Positions 7,679 through 17,200 of a stretch of 64,000 nt of DNA are shown one piece after another (within the stretch, counting starts at the first letter, position 1; each line of letters opens with the position of its first letter). The translations under genes and the position numbers were made by a program. The DNA comes from a bacterium. Lineage in GTDB: Bacteria; Hinthialibacterota; Hinthialibacteria; Hinthialibacterales; Hinthialibacteraceae. The stretch lies in the NCBI GenBank assembly GCA_016125385.1, contig WGLV01000013.1:26006-90005 (forward strand), given 5' to 3'. The notes beneath the pieces are model-generated. The model did not search any database and had not been told where the DNA came from. It worked only from the letters and a program-made list of their open reading frames with translations.

Positions 7679-9652
7679 ATGCATTTTCCACCACTTTATT
7701 CATCCACTTCGATGAATTTCAATACCGGTAACGAAATGTCTTATCGACCCGTATGCGGATGCCGGACCATGGATGCTTCAACTCAACCACACGGAAAGCA
7801 AACCCGATTCAAATCGGCGTTCCGGTTTTCCTTCAATACAGGCAGCCGCCGCCTGTTTATCTTTCTATGGGCGATTTGTGGGCTGTGGCCTCTTTTTCTG
7901 CTCACTCTAACGGTATCAATCTCCAATCCCGGTTTTCTTGACTCGTGTCCAGTTACGTTGGCTTCTTTATCAGCTGGCGCGGGCCTGATCGCCGCTTTCG
8001 GTTTTACTCTAGCCTCCCGCCTGATCATGCGCGGGCGTTGGTCGAATTACCTCGTCCCGGCTCGGCGTATCACTGCGCTGGCCTGGATCATCCCCCTGGC
8101 GGGTTTCATGGCGCTGGGCATCGTTTCAGCCGGTTGGCGAATGAGCCAGCCCCGGCTCAATGACGCCCGTTTCATCGTGTTTGGGCTCGACGCCGCCACC
8201 TGGGATATCATCGATCCCCTGTTGGAACAGGATAAACTGCCCAATCTCAAAAGACTTATCGACTCAGGCGCTCGCGCCGATTTCATCAGCCTCGAACCGA
8301 TCCGTTCTCCGCTCGTTTGGACCAGCATCGCGACCGGGCGCCCGCCTGAAGCGCATGGAGTGGAAGGTTTTTTTTCGACCCGGCTTGACCTTCGCGTCCC
8401 GCGCCTGTGGGATGTGGCGCACGCCGCCCGGCTCCGCGTCGGTCTGTTTCGATGGCTGACAACCTGGCCGGTGCTCGATTCGTTTGAATTCGTCGTCCCG
8501 TCATGGATCGCGCGCTCGCCGGAAGCCTGGCCGGCGGATTGCGGCTGCATCCAGCAGACGCTGCTCGAACAAGGCGTGGATGGGGCCTATAACCCTGCCT
8601 CCGCGTTGTTTGGTTGCGCCCGGCTGGGCGCGGGAGCGGGCGCAATCGACCGGATGACGTGGTTCTACCTGAGCGACGCGGTGGGTTTAAGCGAAGAAGA
8701 ACGGCTGGAGCGAAAAGCGCTAAGCGAAGTACGTCTTCAGACCGATCTGTTCATAGCATTAATGCGGCGCCATCGCCCCAACGCCGCCGCATTCTGCCTG
8801 TACGGAACCGACCAACTGGGGCATCGATTCTGGCATTACATGAAACCAGACCAATTCCACTCTCCGCCGCCGAACGCCTGCCCTGAATTCGCCTCCGTGA
8901 TCGAACGCTATTACCACGCGGCGGATCGCGCCATTGGCCGCGTACTGCGTTCGCTTCCCCCTGATTGCCGCGTGGCGGTGATTTCAGACCACGGCATGAA
9001 GGCCGATCCCGCCCTGCCTGGCCAGTATTTCGCCGACATGGACGCCATTCTTTCCGCTCTGGGGCGGCGAGGCGAGTTTCGCCATCATACCATCGAACGG
9101 CATATTCTGATCGATCCCGCCCCCGGCCATGAAAATCAGCTGGACGCCCTCGCGAACGGCCTCGGCCGCATCCATTTCACCGGCGATGAAGATCCCATTT
9201 TCACGACCGAACGCGAAGGGAACACCCTGTCGGTACGCACCAATTTTTCACTGACCGCTCATCCCGATTCGCCGCTGGCACAGAATCCAACCATTGAGAT
9301 CGCGGGCGAAACCATCCCGACCGGGCGGCTCTTTTTTGTACGCTATTTTTCTGGGACGCATGATTTAAAAGGCGTAATGGTTCTGCACGGGCCGGGCGTA
9401 AGGGCGGGGGCGCGTCTGGGCGAGGTTTCATTGCTCGATTTCGCCCCCACGGCGTTGTACTGGCTCGATCTGCCCATCAGCCGTGAGATGGAAGGCCGTG
9501 TCGTCAGCGAAGCGTTCAAGGAAGGCGCGCTGGAAGCCCGGCCGGCGAAGTACGTGGACGAGTATCCCGCGCTGAGGGAGAATGGGGGCGAGGTTCCCGG
9601 CGACCAGAACGCCTTTATGGAGCGCCTGCGCAGCCTGGGTTATGTTGAATAA
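7679..9652 (+). CDS. Membrane-anchored alkaline-phosphatase-superfamily enzyme (type I phosphodiesterase / nucleotide pyrophosphatase family, PF01663-like)
   Basis: N-terminal TM helices, then FGLDAATWDIIDPLLEQDKLPNLKRL...SPLVWTSIATG (metal-ligand Asp/Thr region) and the downstream VISDHGM motif typical of PF01663/AlkP-core enzymes. The true start is probably downstream of 7679. Confidence 0.65.
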   Translation: MHFPPLYSSTSMNFNTGNEMSYRPVCGCRTMDASTQPHGKQTRFKSAFRFSFNTGSRRLFIFLWAICGLWPLFLLTLTVSISNPGFLDSCPVTLASLSAGAGLIAAFGFTLASRLIMRGRWSNYLVPARRITALAWIIPLAGFMALGIVSAGWRMSQPRLNDARFIVFGLDAATWDIIDPLLEQDKLPNLKRLIDSGARADFISLEPIRSPLVWTSIATGRPPEAHGVEGFFSTRLDLRVPRLWDVAHAARLRVGLFRWLTTWPVLDSFEFVVPSWIARSPEAWPADCGCIQQTLLEQGVDGAYNPASALFGCARLGAGAGAIDRMTWFYLSDAVGLSEEERLERKALSEVRLQTDLFIALMRRHRPNAAAFCLYGTDQLGHRFWHYMKPDQFHSPPPNACPEFASVIERYYHAADRAIGRVLRSLPPDCRVAVISDHGMKADPALPGQYFADMDAILSALGRRGEFRHHTIERHILIDPAPGHENQLDALANGLGRIHFTGDEDPIFTTEREGNTLSVRTNFSLTAHPDSPLAQNPTIEIAGETIPTGRLFFVRYFSGTHDLKGVMVLHGPGVRAGARLGEVSLLDFAPTALYWLDLPISREMEGRVVSEAFKEGALEARPAKYVDEYPALRENGGEVPGDQNAFMERLRSLGYVE

Positions 9653-9670
9653 AAACCGAAATACGCAGAG

Positions 9671-10021
9671 TTAAGACTCGGATTTCGCGTGTTGTTCGAC
9701 GAATTGCTTCCAGGCGTCGTCAAAGATTTCTTCGCGATGATCCCAAAGACCCTGACTGTTGAAAAAGGTCTGGATTTCAGGCTTGTTGAGTGCGATGCGT
9801 TTGATGGTTTCACGCGTCTGCTCGGGGTTTTCCTTCAACTGGGTCAACACGTCGGGGTTCTGCTTAACCGCCGAGTCGAATACGCCGAGCAGTTCGTTCC
9901 TGCATTTCTCCTGTCCGCTGGTGGCGGTATTGAACACCATGAACCCGACAGCCAGCGCCGCGATCGCGAACAATGCAACGGCCCACAACCCGCTTGGAAC
10001 CTGTTTTTTTTCATCAGACAT
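9671..10021 (-). CDS. Small hypothetical membrane-anchored protein (116 aa)
   Basis: Single N-terminal TM helix (GLWAVALFAIAALAVGFMVF) followed by a hydrophilic domain. Transcribed divergently from the giant-paralog operon. Confidence 0.4.
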   Translation of the reverse strand: MSDEKKQVPSGLWAVALFAIAALAVGFMVFNTATSGQEKCRNELLGVFDSAVKQNPDVLTQLKENPEQTRETIKRIALNKPEIQTFFNSQGLWDHREEIFDDAWKQFVEQHAKSES

Positions 10022-10341
10022 GAATCGATTCTCCTGAAATTCCGTTTGGCGTCTATGACGCCGCGCCCGCGATTCGACCGCCGTTCGTACCCCCCGGGAT
10101 GAAGATTCCCTCGAAATCGTGGAGTAACCATTGTACCCTGTTGTCGTTATACATAAACGCGTCCGCGCCGGTTCAATACATCATCCATCCGGCGCGCCGG
10201 GGTCTGTATGGCATCCCGTTTATTCTGTTTTTGCGTTTCGCGCCCGCCGCGGAGCCGCTTCATTCACCTCGAACCGGGCCCCGTTTATTTTTTTACATTA
10301 TCTGATGCTGAATCAACGTCCTTCCAGAAAGGTGTTCGTGC

Positions 10342-13300
10342 ATGTTCGCTTCATTTTATCCGATTCGGAGACGCATCGGCGTCCTGTTTCTGCTGACCGC
10401 TTTATCGGCGCACGCTTTCGCCGCCGGGATGGGAGAGACCATCTGGCGCTCGTACCTCAGCCAGGGCGATCTCGACGCCGCGCTGGGCGGGTTTGAGAAA
10501 GCCCTGAAAGAACACCCCGATGACGCGCTGGCGCAGGCGGGTTACGCCTATCTCAGCGAAAGCCGCTCGGGCGCCGAACAGAGTTTCACCCATTTTCTCG
10601 ATGCGCTCGACGCGGGCAAAGACGACCCCGAAGCGACCCTTTATCTGTTTGAAGCCTATCAGCGAGCCAGCGGGCGCGAAGACCGTGAAACCCTGCTCAA
10701 ACGTCTGGACCCGTTGTTGAACAACGCTTCGGCGCCCGTGCATTTCGCCAGTCACGCGCGTTGGATTCAAGGGCGGCTGCTGCAACGGCTTGGCCGGTGG
10801 GATGAAGCCGAATCGGCATTCGACCGCCTGGGCTTTATCACCGATTTCTGGGTATGCGGCCCGTTTGACAACGCGGAAAAACGCGGCCACGCCCAGACCT
10901 TCGGCCCGGAAGAGAACCTCGACCTCGCCGCGCAATATCCCGGACGCCGCCGCCAGGTCGGCTGGCAACCGATTTCGCTGCAACCTTACGACGGCTATAT
11001 CGAACTGCATTCACAGGTTTCACCCTCACAGGAATCGACCGTTTACCTCGCCGCCCAGGTCACCAGCGACGCGACCCGCTCGGCGCGCCTGCTGGTTGGG
11101 TACGCCGGCGCGATAAAGGTGTGGGTGAATGGAGAGATCGCCCTCGACAACAACCGGTACCACTCCGCCATCCCCGATCAGTCGGCGGCGAACGTGGAGC
11201 TGCGGCCCGGCGCCAACGTTCTATTGCTGAAAGCCTCCGGCGGAGAAACGGGAAAATTCGGCGTATACGTTCGGCTCATCGATGACGATGGCCAACCGCT
11301 CAAGGCCGATCCGCTCGACTCCGGCCAACCGTTCGACTTTTCAAAATTCGCGAAAGTCTCCTCCAGTTCGATCGAAGGCGATTCACTCACGCATGAGCCG
11401 ACGGTGATCCGCCAGATGAAGGCGCTGGGTGAAAACCTCGCTCAGGAACCCTTCCGCGCGTTCTTTTACGTGCGGTTGATTGAACTGCTCGACGTACTGG
11501 ATGAAAACGACCAGACGGCCAACGCGCTGATGGGCCAGTTGTGCAAAGGCTTCCCCGGCAACACATTGCTGCTGCGCAATCTGGGCGCGACCGAGCCGCA
11601 GCCCAACCGCCAGCGGCTGGCGTATTCGCTGGTGCTGGAGAAAGACCCCAACGATCTGGCGGCGTTTTTAAAACTGCTAGATTACTACAAAGACTCTCCC
11701 TATGCGACAAAGGGCTTCGACCTCATCCGCGACTGGAAAAAACACGATGACGTACCGCTCAGCGCCGAGATCGCCAAAGCCCGCATGCTCAATCGCGAAG
11801 GGCTGCCCGAAGCCGCCGCCGAACTGCTCGCCCGCCACGAAGACGAACTCGACGCCGACGCGCGGTATCTTCTGCTGCAAACCATGGGCGGAACCCTGAC
11901 GCAAGACCAGCGAATCGAGCGTCTCAAGACGATTCTGAACGATGACGCGACGCACTCCGACGCGCTGCACGCCCTGCGCCGCATCGCCATGCAGGACGGC
12001 GACAAAGACCTGCTCAACGAAACTCTGAAACATGAACGCCGCATGGCGCCGTTTTCCATCGCGGGGTTGCTCGAACTCGCGGCGAATCAGCAGGCGCGCG
12101 GCCGGTATGACGAATCGATCGCGACGCTGCAAAAAGCGTTGACGATCGCGCCGGAAGATTTTCAGGCGCTGCGCATGACGGCCATCGCCTATAACCTGAC
12201 CGGAAAACGCGATGAAGCGCTCGGCGCGCTGGCGGCGGCTCAGACCATTCTGCCCTCCGATCCGTGGTGCCTCGAATATCAGAAATTTCTTCAGCCCGAC
12301 GATTCAAACTACGCCTCGCCCTACCTCCGCGACTGGAAAGAGGTCGAGATTCCCGATTCGCTCGATCTGTCGAAGGCGAACCATCTGGTGTTGATGCATC
12401 AGGAAATCGTCAAGGTGTTCCCCAACGGCAACTCGAGCCGCACCGTGCATGAAGCGGTGAAAATACTCACCGATAACGGCATCCGCATGCAGCAGGTGCG
12501 CGGCGTGTATTACGAAGCCGGCAGCGAAGACGTGGTGGTCAAACGCGCCCGCGTCTGGAAGCCCGGCGGAACCGTCTACGACGCGCCCGCGCCGGTGAAG
12601 CGGAGCGCCTCGTCCGCCTCCGACGCCGATTCGAAACTGTATCAGGATTACATGGTCGCGGCGCTTCAATTTCCCGCGCTGGAAAAAGGCAGCGTGCTTG
12701 AACTGGAATACGAGGTCGTCAGCAAAAAAGACAACATTTACGCGGACTATTTCGGCGACCAGTTCTTTATCGGCGACGGATTTTTCGAACCCACCGTCGA
12801 AACCGAGTACATCCTGATCTCGCCCGCCTCGCGCGAGTTTTATTACAAATTCATCGAACCTCACTACCCGCGATCGATCGTTCAGGCCGGCGCGCCCGAG
12901 CTCAAACCCGATCCGGAAGAAACCATCGGCGGTGCGGAGCGGGTGTGGCATTGGACTTTCCACTCGCTGCCGGCCATTCCACGCGAACCGCTGATGCCCG
13001 CCTCGTCCGAGATTCTGCCTTACATCAAAATCTCCACCTTCAAAACCTGGACGGAGATGATGGACTGGTACTGGAACCTCTCGAAAGATCAGTTAAAACC
13101 CGGCCCGGTGGTTAAAGACCGGCTTGAATTTCTGCTTCAGGAATATCGCCGCAAACGCGGTATTCCGGTCGAACACGAGCTGACGAAGTGGGAAAAAGTT
13201 CGCGCGGTGAATGAATACGTCAACACCGGCATCCGCTATCTGGGGCTTGAGTTTGGAATTCATGGCTATAAGCCGCACAAGGTCGATGAGATATGCAACG

Positions 13301-14244
13301 CGCAATACGGCGATTGCAAAGACAAGGCGGCGCTGGCGGTCGCCATGCTGGGCGAGTTGGGCATCGACGCGCGCATGGTGATTCTGCGCACGACCGACCG
13401 GGGTGAATTCGATTACGATCTGCCCATGCTCGGCATGTTCAACCACGCCATTTATTACCTCCCCGATCTCGACGGCAAGGAGATGTGGATCGACGGAACC
13501 GCCACCTTCTTCGACGCGTCCGAACTCCCGCCCGGCGATCGGGGCGCCAACAGCCTGATCGTCGTGCCCGGCGGCGACGGCTTTTTCAAGCGCATCCCCT
13601 ATTCCAGCGCCGACGACAACGGCGGGGTCTACACCACCCGCCTCACCATTGATGAAAACGGCGACGCCCAGGGCGTGCGCGCGTCCGAGTTCCGCGGTCT
13701 GTACAACCCCATCGTCCGCCGGACCTACGAAAACCAGACCAAGGCCAAGGAAGTGGTCGACCAGATCATGGCGGGGCAATATCCCGGCAGCGAATCGTCG
13801 AACATCCAACTCTCCGACCTCGACGATTACTCCACCTCCGAGAGCCTGACCTATGAGATGAAGATTCCCCAATTCGGGGGCAAACACGGCGGGCGGATGA
13901 TTTTCCCCAGCACGTTCTTCGGCGACGATCTCTCTCAGCGGTACGCGCAACTCTCCAATCGCGAGTACGACCTCGTTTTGAGTTACCCCTGGTCGCGCAC
14001 CAACATTCTCCAGCTGAACCTGCCCGATTCGTTCAGTTCGGTCGAGCTGCCCGCCGACCGCGATCTCGAAACCGAGTTCGGCTCGTATCAACGCAAGACC
14101 ACCCGCGAAAACGGAGTGATTGAAATCAGAGAGACGCTGATCTTCAAACCGGTGCGGGTCGCCCGCGAAAAATACGCCGATTTCCGTGAATTCTGCCGCC
14201 TGGTCGATCTGTACCAGGACGAAAACGTGAACGCGAACCTGTAA
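10342..14244 (+). CDS. Giant secreted protein (1300 aa): signal peptide, TPR-like repeats, beta-sandwich module, more TPR, DUF3857-like domain, transglutaminase-like cysteine-protease core (intact Cys-His-Asp) and a C-terminal domain
   Basis: Signal peptide MFASFYPIRRRIGVLFLLTALSAHAFAAG. TGase-like core YGDCKDKAALAVAMLGELGIDARMVILRT...FNHAIYYLPD...MWIDGTATFF, with Cys codon at 13315-13317, His at 13444-13446 and Asp at 13492-13494. The upstream EYEVVSKKDNIYADYF block is DUF3857-like. Confidence 0.8.
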   Translation: MFASFYPIRRRIGVLFLLTALSAHAFAAGMGETIWRSYLSQGDLDAALGGFEKALKEHPDDALAQAGYAYLSESRSGAEQSFTHFLDALDAGKDDPEATLYLFEAYQRASGREDRETLLKRLDPLLNNASAPVHFASHARWIQGRLLQRLGRWDEAESAFDRLGFITDFWVCGPFDNAEKRGHAQTFGPEENLDLAAQYPGRRRQVGWQPISLQPYDGYIELHSQVSPSQESTVYLAAQVTSDATRSARLLVGYAGAIKVWVNGEIALDNNRYHSAIPDQSAANVELRPGANVLLLKASGGETGKFGVYVRLIDDDGQPLKADPLDSGQPFDFSKFAKVSSSSIEGDSLTHEPTVIRQMKALGENLAQEPFRAFFYVRLIELLDVLDENDQTANALMGQLCKGFPGNTLLLRNLGATEPQPNRQRLAYSLVLEKDPNDLAAFLKLLDYYKDSPYATKGFDLIRDWKKHDDVPLSAEIAKARMLNREGLPEAAAELLARHEDELDADARYLLLQTMGGTLTQDQRIERLKTILNDDATHSDALHALRRIAMQDGDKDLLNETLKHERRMAPFSIAGLLELAANQQARGRYDESIATLQKALTIAPEDFQALRMTAIAYNLTGKRDEALGALAAAQTILPSDPWCLEYQKFLQPDDSNYASPYLRDWKEVEIPDSLDLSKANHLVLMHQEIVKVFPNGNSSRTVHEAVKILTDNGIRMQQVRGVYYEAGSEDVVVKRARVWKPGGTVYDAPAPVKRSASSASDADSKLYQDYMVAALQFPALEKGSVLELEYEVVSKKDNIYADYFGDQFFIGDGFFEPTVETEYILISPASREFYYKFIEPHYPRSIVQAGAPELKPDPEETIGGAERVWHWTFHSLPAIPREPLMPASSEILPYIKISTFKTWTEMMDWYWNLSKDQLKPGPVVKDRLEFLLQEYRRKRGIPVEHELTKWEKVRAVNEYVNTGIRYLGLEFGIHGYKPHKVDEICNAQYGDCKDKAALAVAMLGELGIDARMVILRTTDRGEFDYDLPMLGMFNHAIYYLPDLDGKEMWIDGTATFFDASELPPGDRGANSLIVVPGGDGFFKRIPYSSADDNGGVYTTRLTIDENGDAQGVRASEFRGLYNPIVRRTYENQTKAKEVVDQIMAGQYPGSESSNIQLSDLDDYSTSESLTYEMKIPQFGGKHGGRMIFPSTFFGDDLSQRYAQLSNREYDLVLSYPWSRTNILQLNLPDSFSSVELPADRDLETEFGSYQRKTTRENGVIEIRETLIFKPVRVAREKYADFREFCRLVDLYQDENVNANL

Positions 14245-14252
14245 GGATACCT

Positions 14253-17200
14253 ATGACGATGACGCGAGTTTTCAAACTTTCTCTTACGCTTTTCGCATGG
14301 CTGGCCTCCGCCTCCATCGCTTTCGCTTCGGTGGAAGACGGCTGGCGCCTGCTGCTTGATAACCGATTCGCCGAAGCGGACGCCGCTTTCGCGGCCGCGT
14401 CCGAACACGCGCCCAACGAGGCGGCGTTGCGCGGGCGCCTGCTGGCCGCCTGGGCGCGGGGCGACGACCCCGCCGCCGCCGAAGCGCTCACCGCGCTGAT
14501 CGAAAATTTTCCCGCCAGCCCCTGCCTGCCCGCCTACCTGGCGTTCTGCAGCCAGCCCAATCTGATGGGTTGGAGCCACGCCGGGCGCGAGCAGGCCGTG
14601 CGCCGCGCGCTGACTCAGACGATGCCCGCAGCGAACCACGCCCGCCTTCAGTTCGAGCTGATGCAATCGATGGAGGCGCTGATCGATAAAGCCGCCGGCG
14701 CGGCCGCGCGCGAAGCGGGCGTCATCATCGATGAGTGGAACGTCGTGGGGCCGTTCGGACGTCACGGCGCGGCCGATTTCTTCACGCCGTTCGGTCCCGA
14801 GGTTTCGTGGTCGCCGATCTACGACGGCTGGGCGGACCGAGTCGACATTCACCCCGTGGGGCAGGCCGATGAAGTGGGAACGCTCGACCTCGACGGGCTG
14901 GTTTACCCGAGTGAAGGCGTCGCGTACCTGATAAACGCGATCGAATCGCCGCGCGAGCAGGGCGTCGAACTCTCCATCCTGTCGCCCGCCGACGTTCGCG
15001 TGTGGGTCAACGGCGAGCCGCTGATGCAGAAGACGCGCCTGGCGCTGCACTCGGCGAACGCGCTATCCGCGAAAACGCGCCTGAAACAGGGGAAGAACCT
15101 GATCGCGGTCAAACTCTTGCGCACCGACGGTTGGCATCTGCGCGCCCAGCTTCGCCCCTTGGGCGGCGAGGCGGTCGAGTTCCACTCGATTCCCTTCGCG
15201 CTCACCGACTGGCGCAATCTCTATCTGACCCCCTTTGAAACCACCGGGCGGCTTGATGAAACCTGCGATGGACTCAAGCCGGACTATCCCTTCGAATTAC
15301 CGTCCGGCGATTCAACCTCCCAACGCATAGAGAACGCTCTGCTGCGCGCGTTCTGGCATCTCGACCGCTACGAACTCGCCGCCGCGCGCGACGCGGCGCG
15401 TGAGGCGAGCGCCGCCGCTCCGGATTTCGTACTTCCCTATTCGCTGATGGGCGATATCGCGCTTCGCCAGGCGAAAGACCGGCCCGGATCGTCGTCGCGG
15501 TTTCAGCAGGAGGCGGAAGAAGCCTTCCGCGCCGCGCTCGACCGGGCGCCGAACCTGCTGCCCGCGCTGATCGGCATGCAGACCTACCTGCTCGATCGCG
15601 ATCAGACCGACGCCGCGATGGCCCTGATCGATCGATATCCTCCCATGCAATACACCGGACGCGCCGATTACGTGGCGGGGGTGGTTTACGCCAAGAAAGG
15701 CTTTACCGCCGAGACGGCGCAACGATTTGAAAAAGCGCGGCAGGGTTTTCCGCCCAGTTTCGACGTCATCACTCGCCTGTTCGATTACTACAAAGCCAAC
15801 CGGGCCGATAAAGAAGCGCGGGAATTGATCGCCAGCGGTCTCGAAATCTACCCCTCATTTCTCTCGTTCATTCAGCGCGCCAATCAGCTCGACGAAGCGC
15901 CGTCCGGCGGCGCCGATCCAGAACCCCGGCTCAAGGCGCTGATCGAGATGCACCCCAACTCGCCCCAATACGCCTTTCAATTGGCCACCTGTTACGAAAA
16001 CGCCGGGCGGCTGGACGACGCGATGGCGCTGTATGGCGAGATGCAAAAACGGTTCTCCAATCACCCTCAGGTCGCCGAACGGATCGCGTCGCTGAACATG
16101 GTTCGCGGCAAGCGGGACAAGGCGCTGGAAGAATATTCGGCGATTCATCAGACCGAACCGCTGTGGATGGAACCGTTCCGCCTGTTGCGCGATTCCGGCG
16201 ACCGGGAATTCGCCTATCAGAAGTACGACGTTTCGCTCGACGACGTGAATGTCGAAGACGCCCAGCGCTGGAAGAATTCACGCGGGTCGTCCATCTACCT
16301 TCTCGACATCATGGTGCTCGAATATCACGAAGACGGAACCTACGACATGTACGTCCACCAGGCGGTTCAGGTGCTCAACCAGCAGGGCGTGCAGAAATGG
16401 GCCGAAGTGGTCATCCCCAAAGGCCCCAATGTCGAGATCATCAAAGGACGGACGATCACGCCCGACGGTCTTGAATGGGCGGTGTCGCACGTGCAGGACC
16501 TCAGCGGTCAACAGTCGCTCTCGATGTACGGCCTCGAAGAAGGCGGCGTCATCGAGTACGCCTACCTGCAACGGGGCGGACGCGACGATCCGGGTGTTCG
16601 AGCGCACACCGGCGGCTATTTCTTCGGCTCCGACGACGACCCCATGCTGCTCTCACAGCTCACGCTGATCGCCCCGGCCGATCTTCCATTGAACTTCGAT
16701 CGGCATCCCGTTGATTTCGATCCAGAAATTTCGGTCGACAACGGCCGCAAGGTTTACGTCTGGACGAACCGCCTGCAAGACGGTCTCAAGCCGGAGCGTT
16801 TCGCCCCGCCGCTGGCGCAGCGGGTGAAATCCGTTCAATGGACCACCGGCGCCGACTGGCTGACGCTGGCCGAACGCTACCGCGCGTCGCGGCTCGGCTA
16901 TCAGGAAGATTCGGACGAAGTACGCGCCCGGACGGATGAACTCACCAAAGACGCGGGATCGAAACACGAGATCATTGAGCGGATCTATAACTGGATTCGC
17001 GAATCGATCGAAGACAGCGCGGGAGGCTCAACCACCGCCGATACCGTTAAGCTGAAAGCGGGCGGGCGCTATCAGAAACTGCGCCTCATGCGTCACATGC
17101 TGAGCCTGGCCGGCGTAAAAACGCAGATGGTCTACGCGCTGGAAGGCGAAAAAGACGACGGGACCCATCCCTTGCCCTATCCCGCCTATCCCGGCTCACT

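Noticed and set aside
10402-11010. 202-aa minus-strand ORF. Also 11677..12132, 12304..12963, 13093..14091 and 14088..15050 minus-strand ORFs.
   Set aside because: All are embedded antisense within the two giant plus-strand genes, which have strong domain evidence. Their Arg/Gly/Val-rich composition is typical of GC-rich antisense frames.
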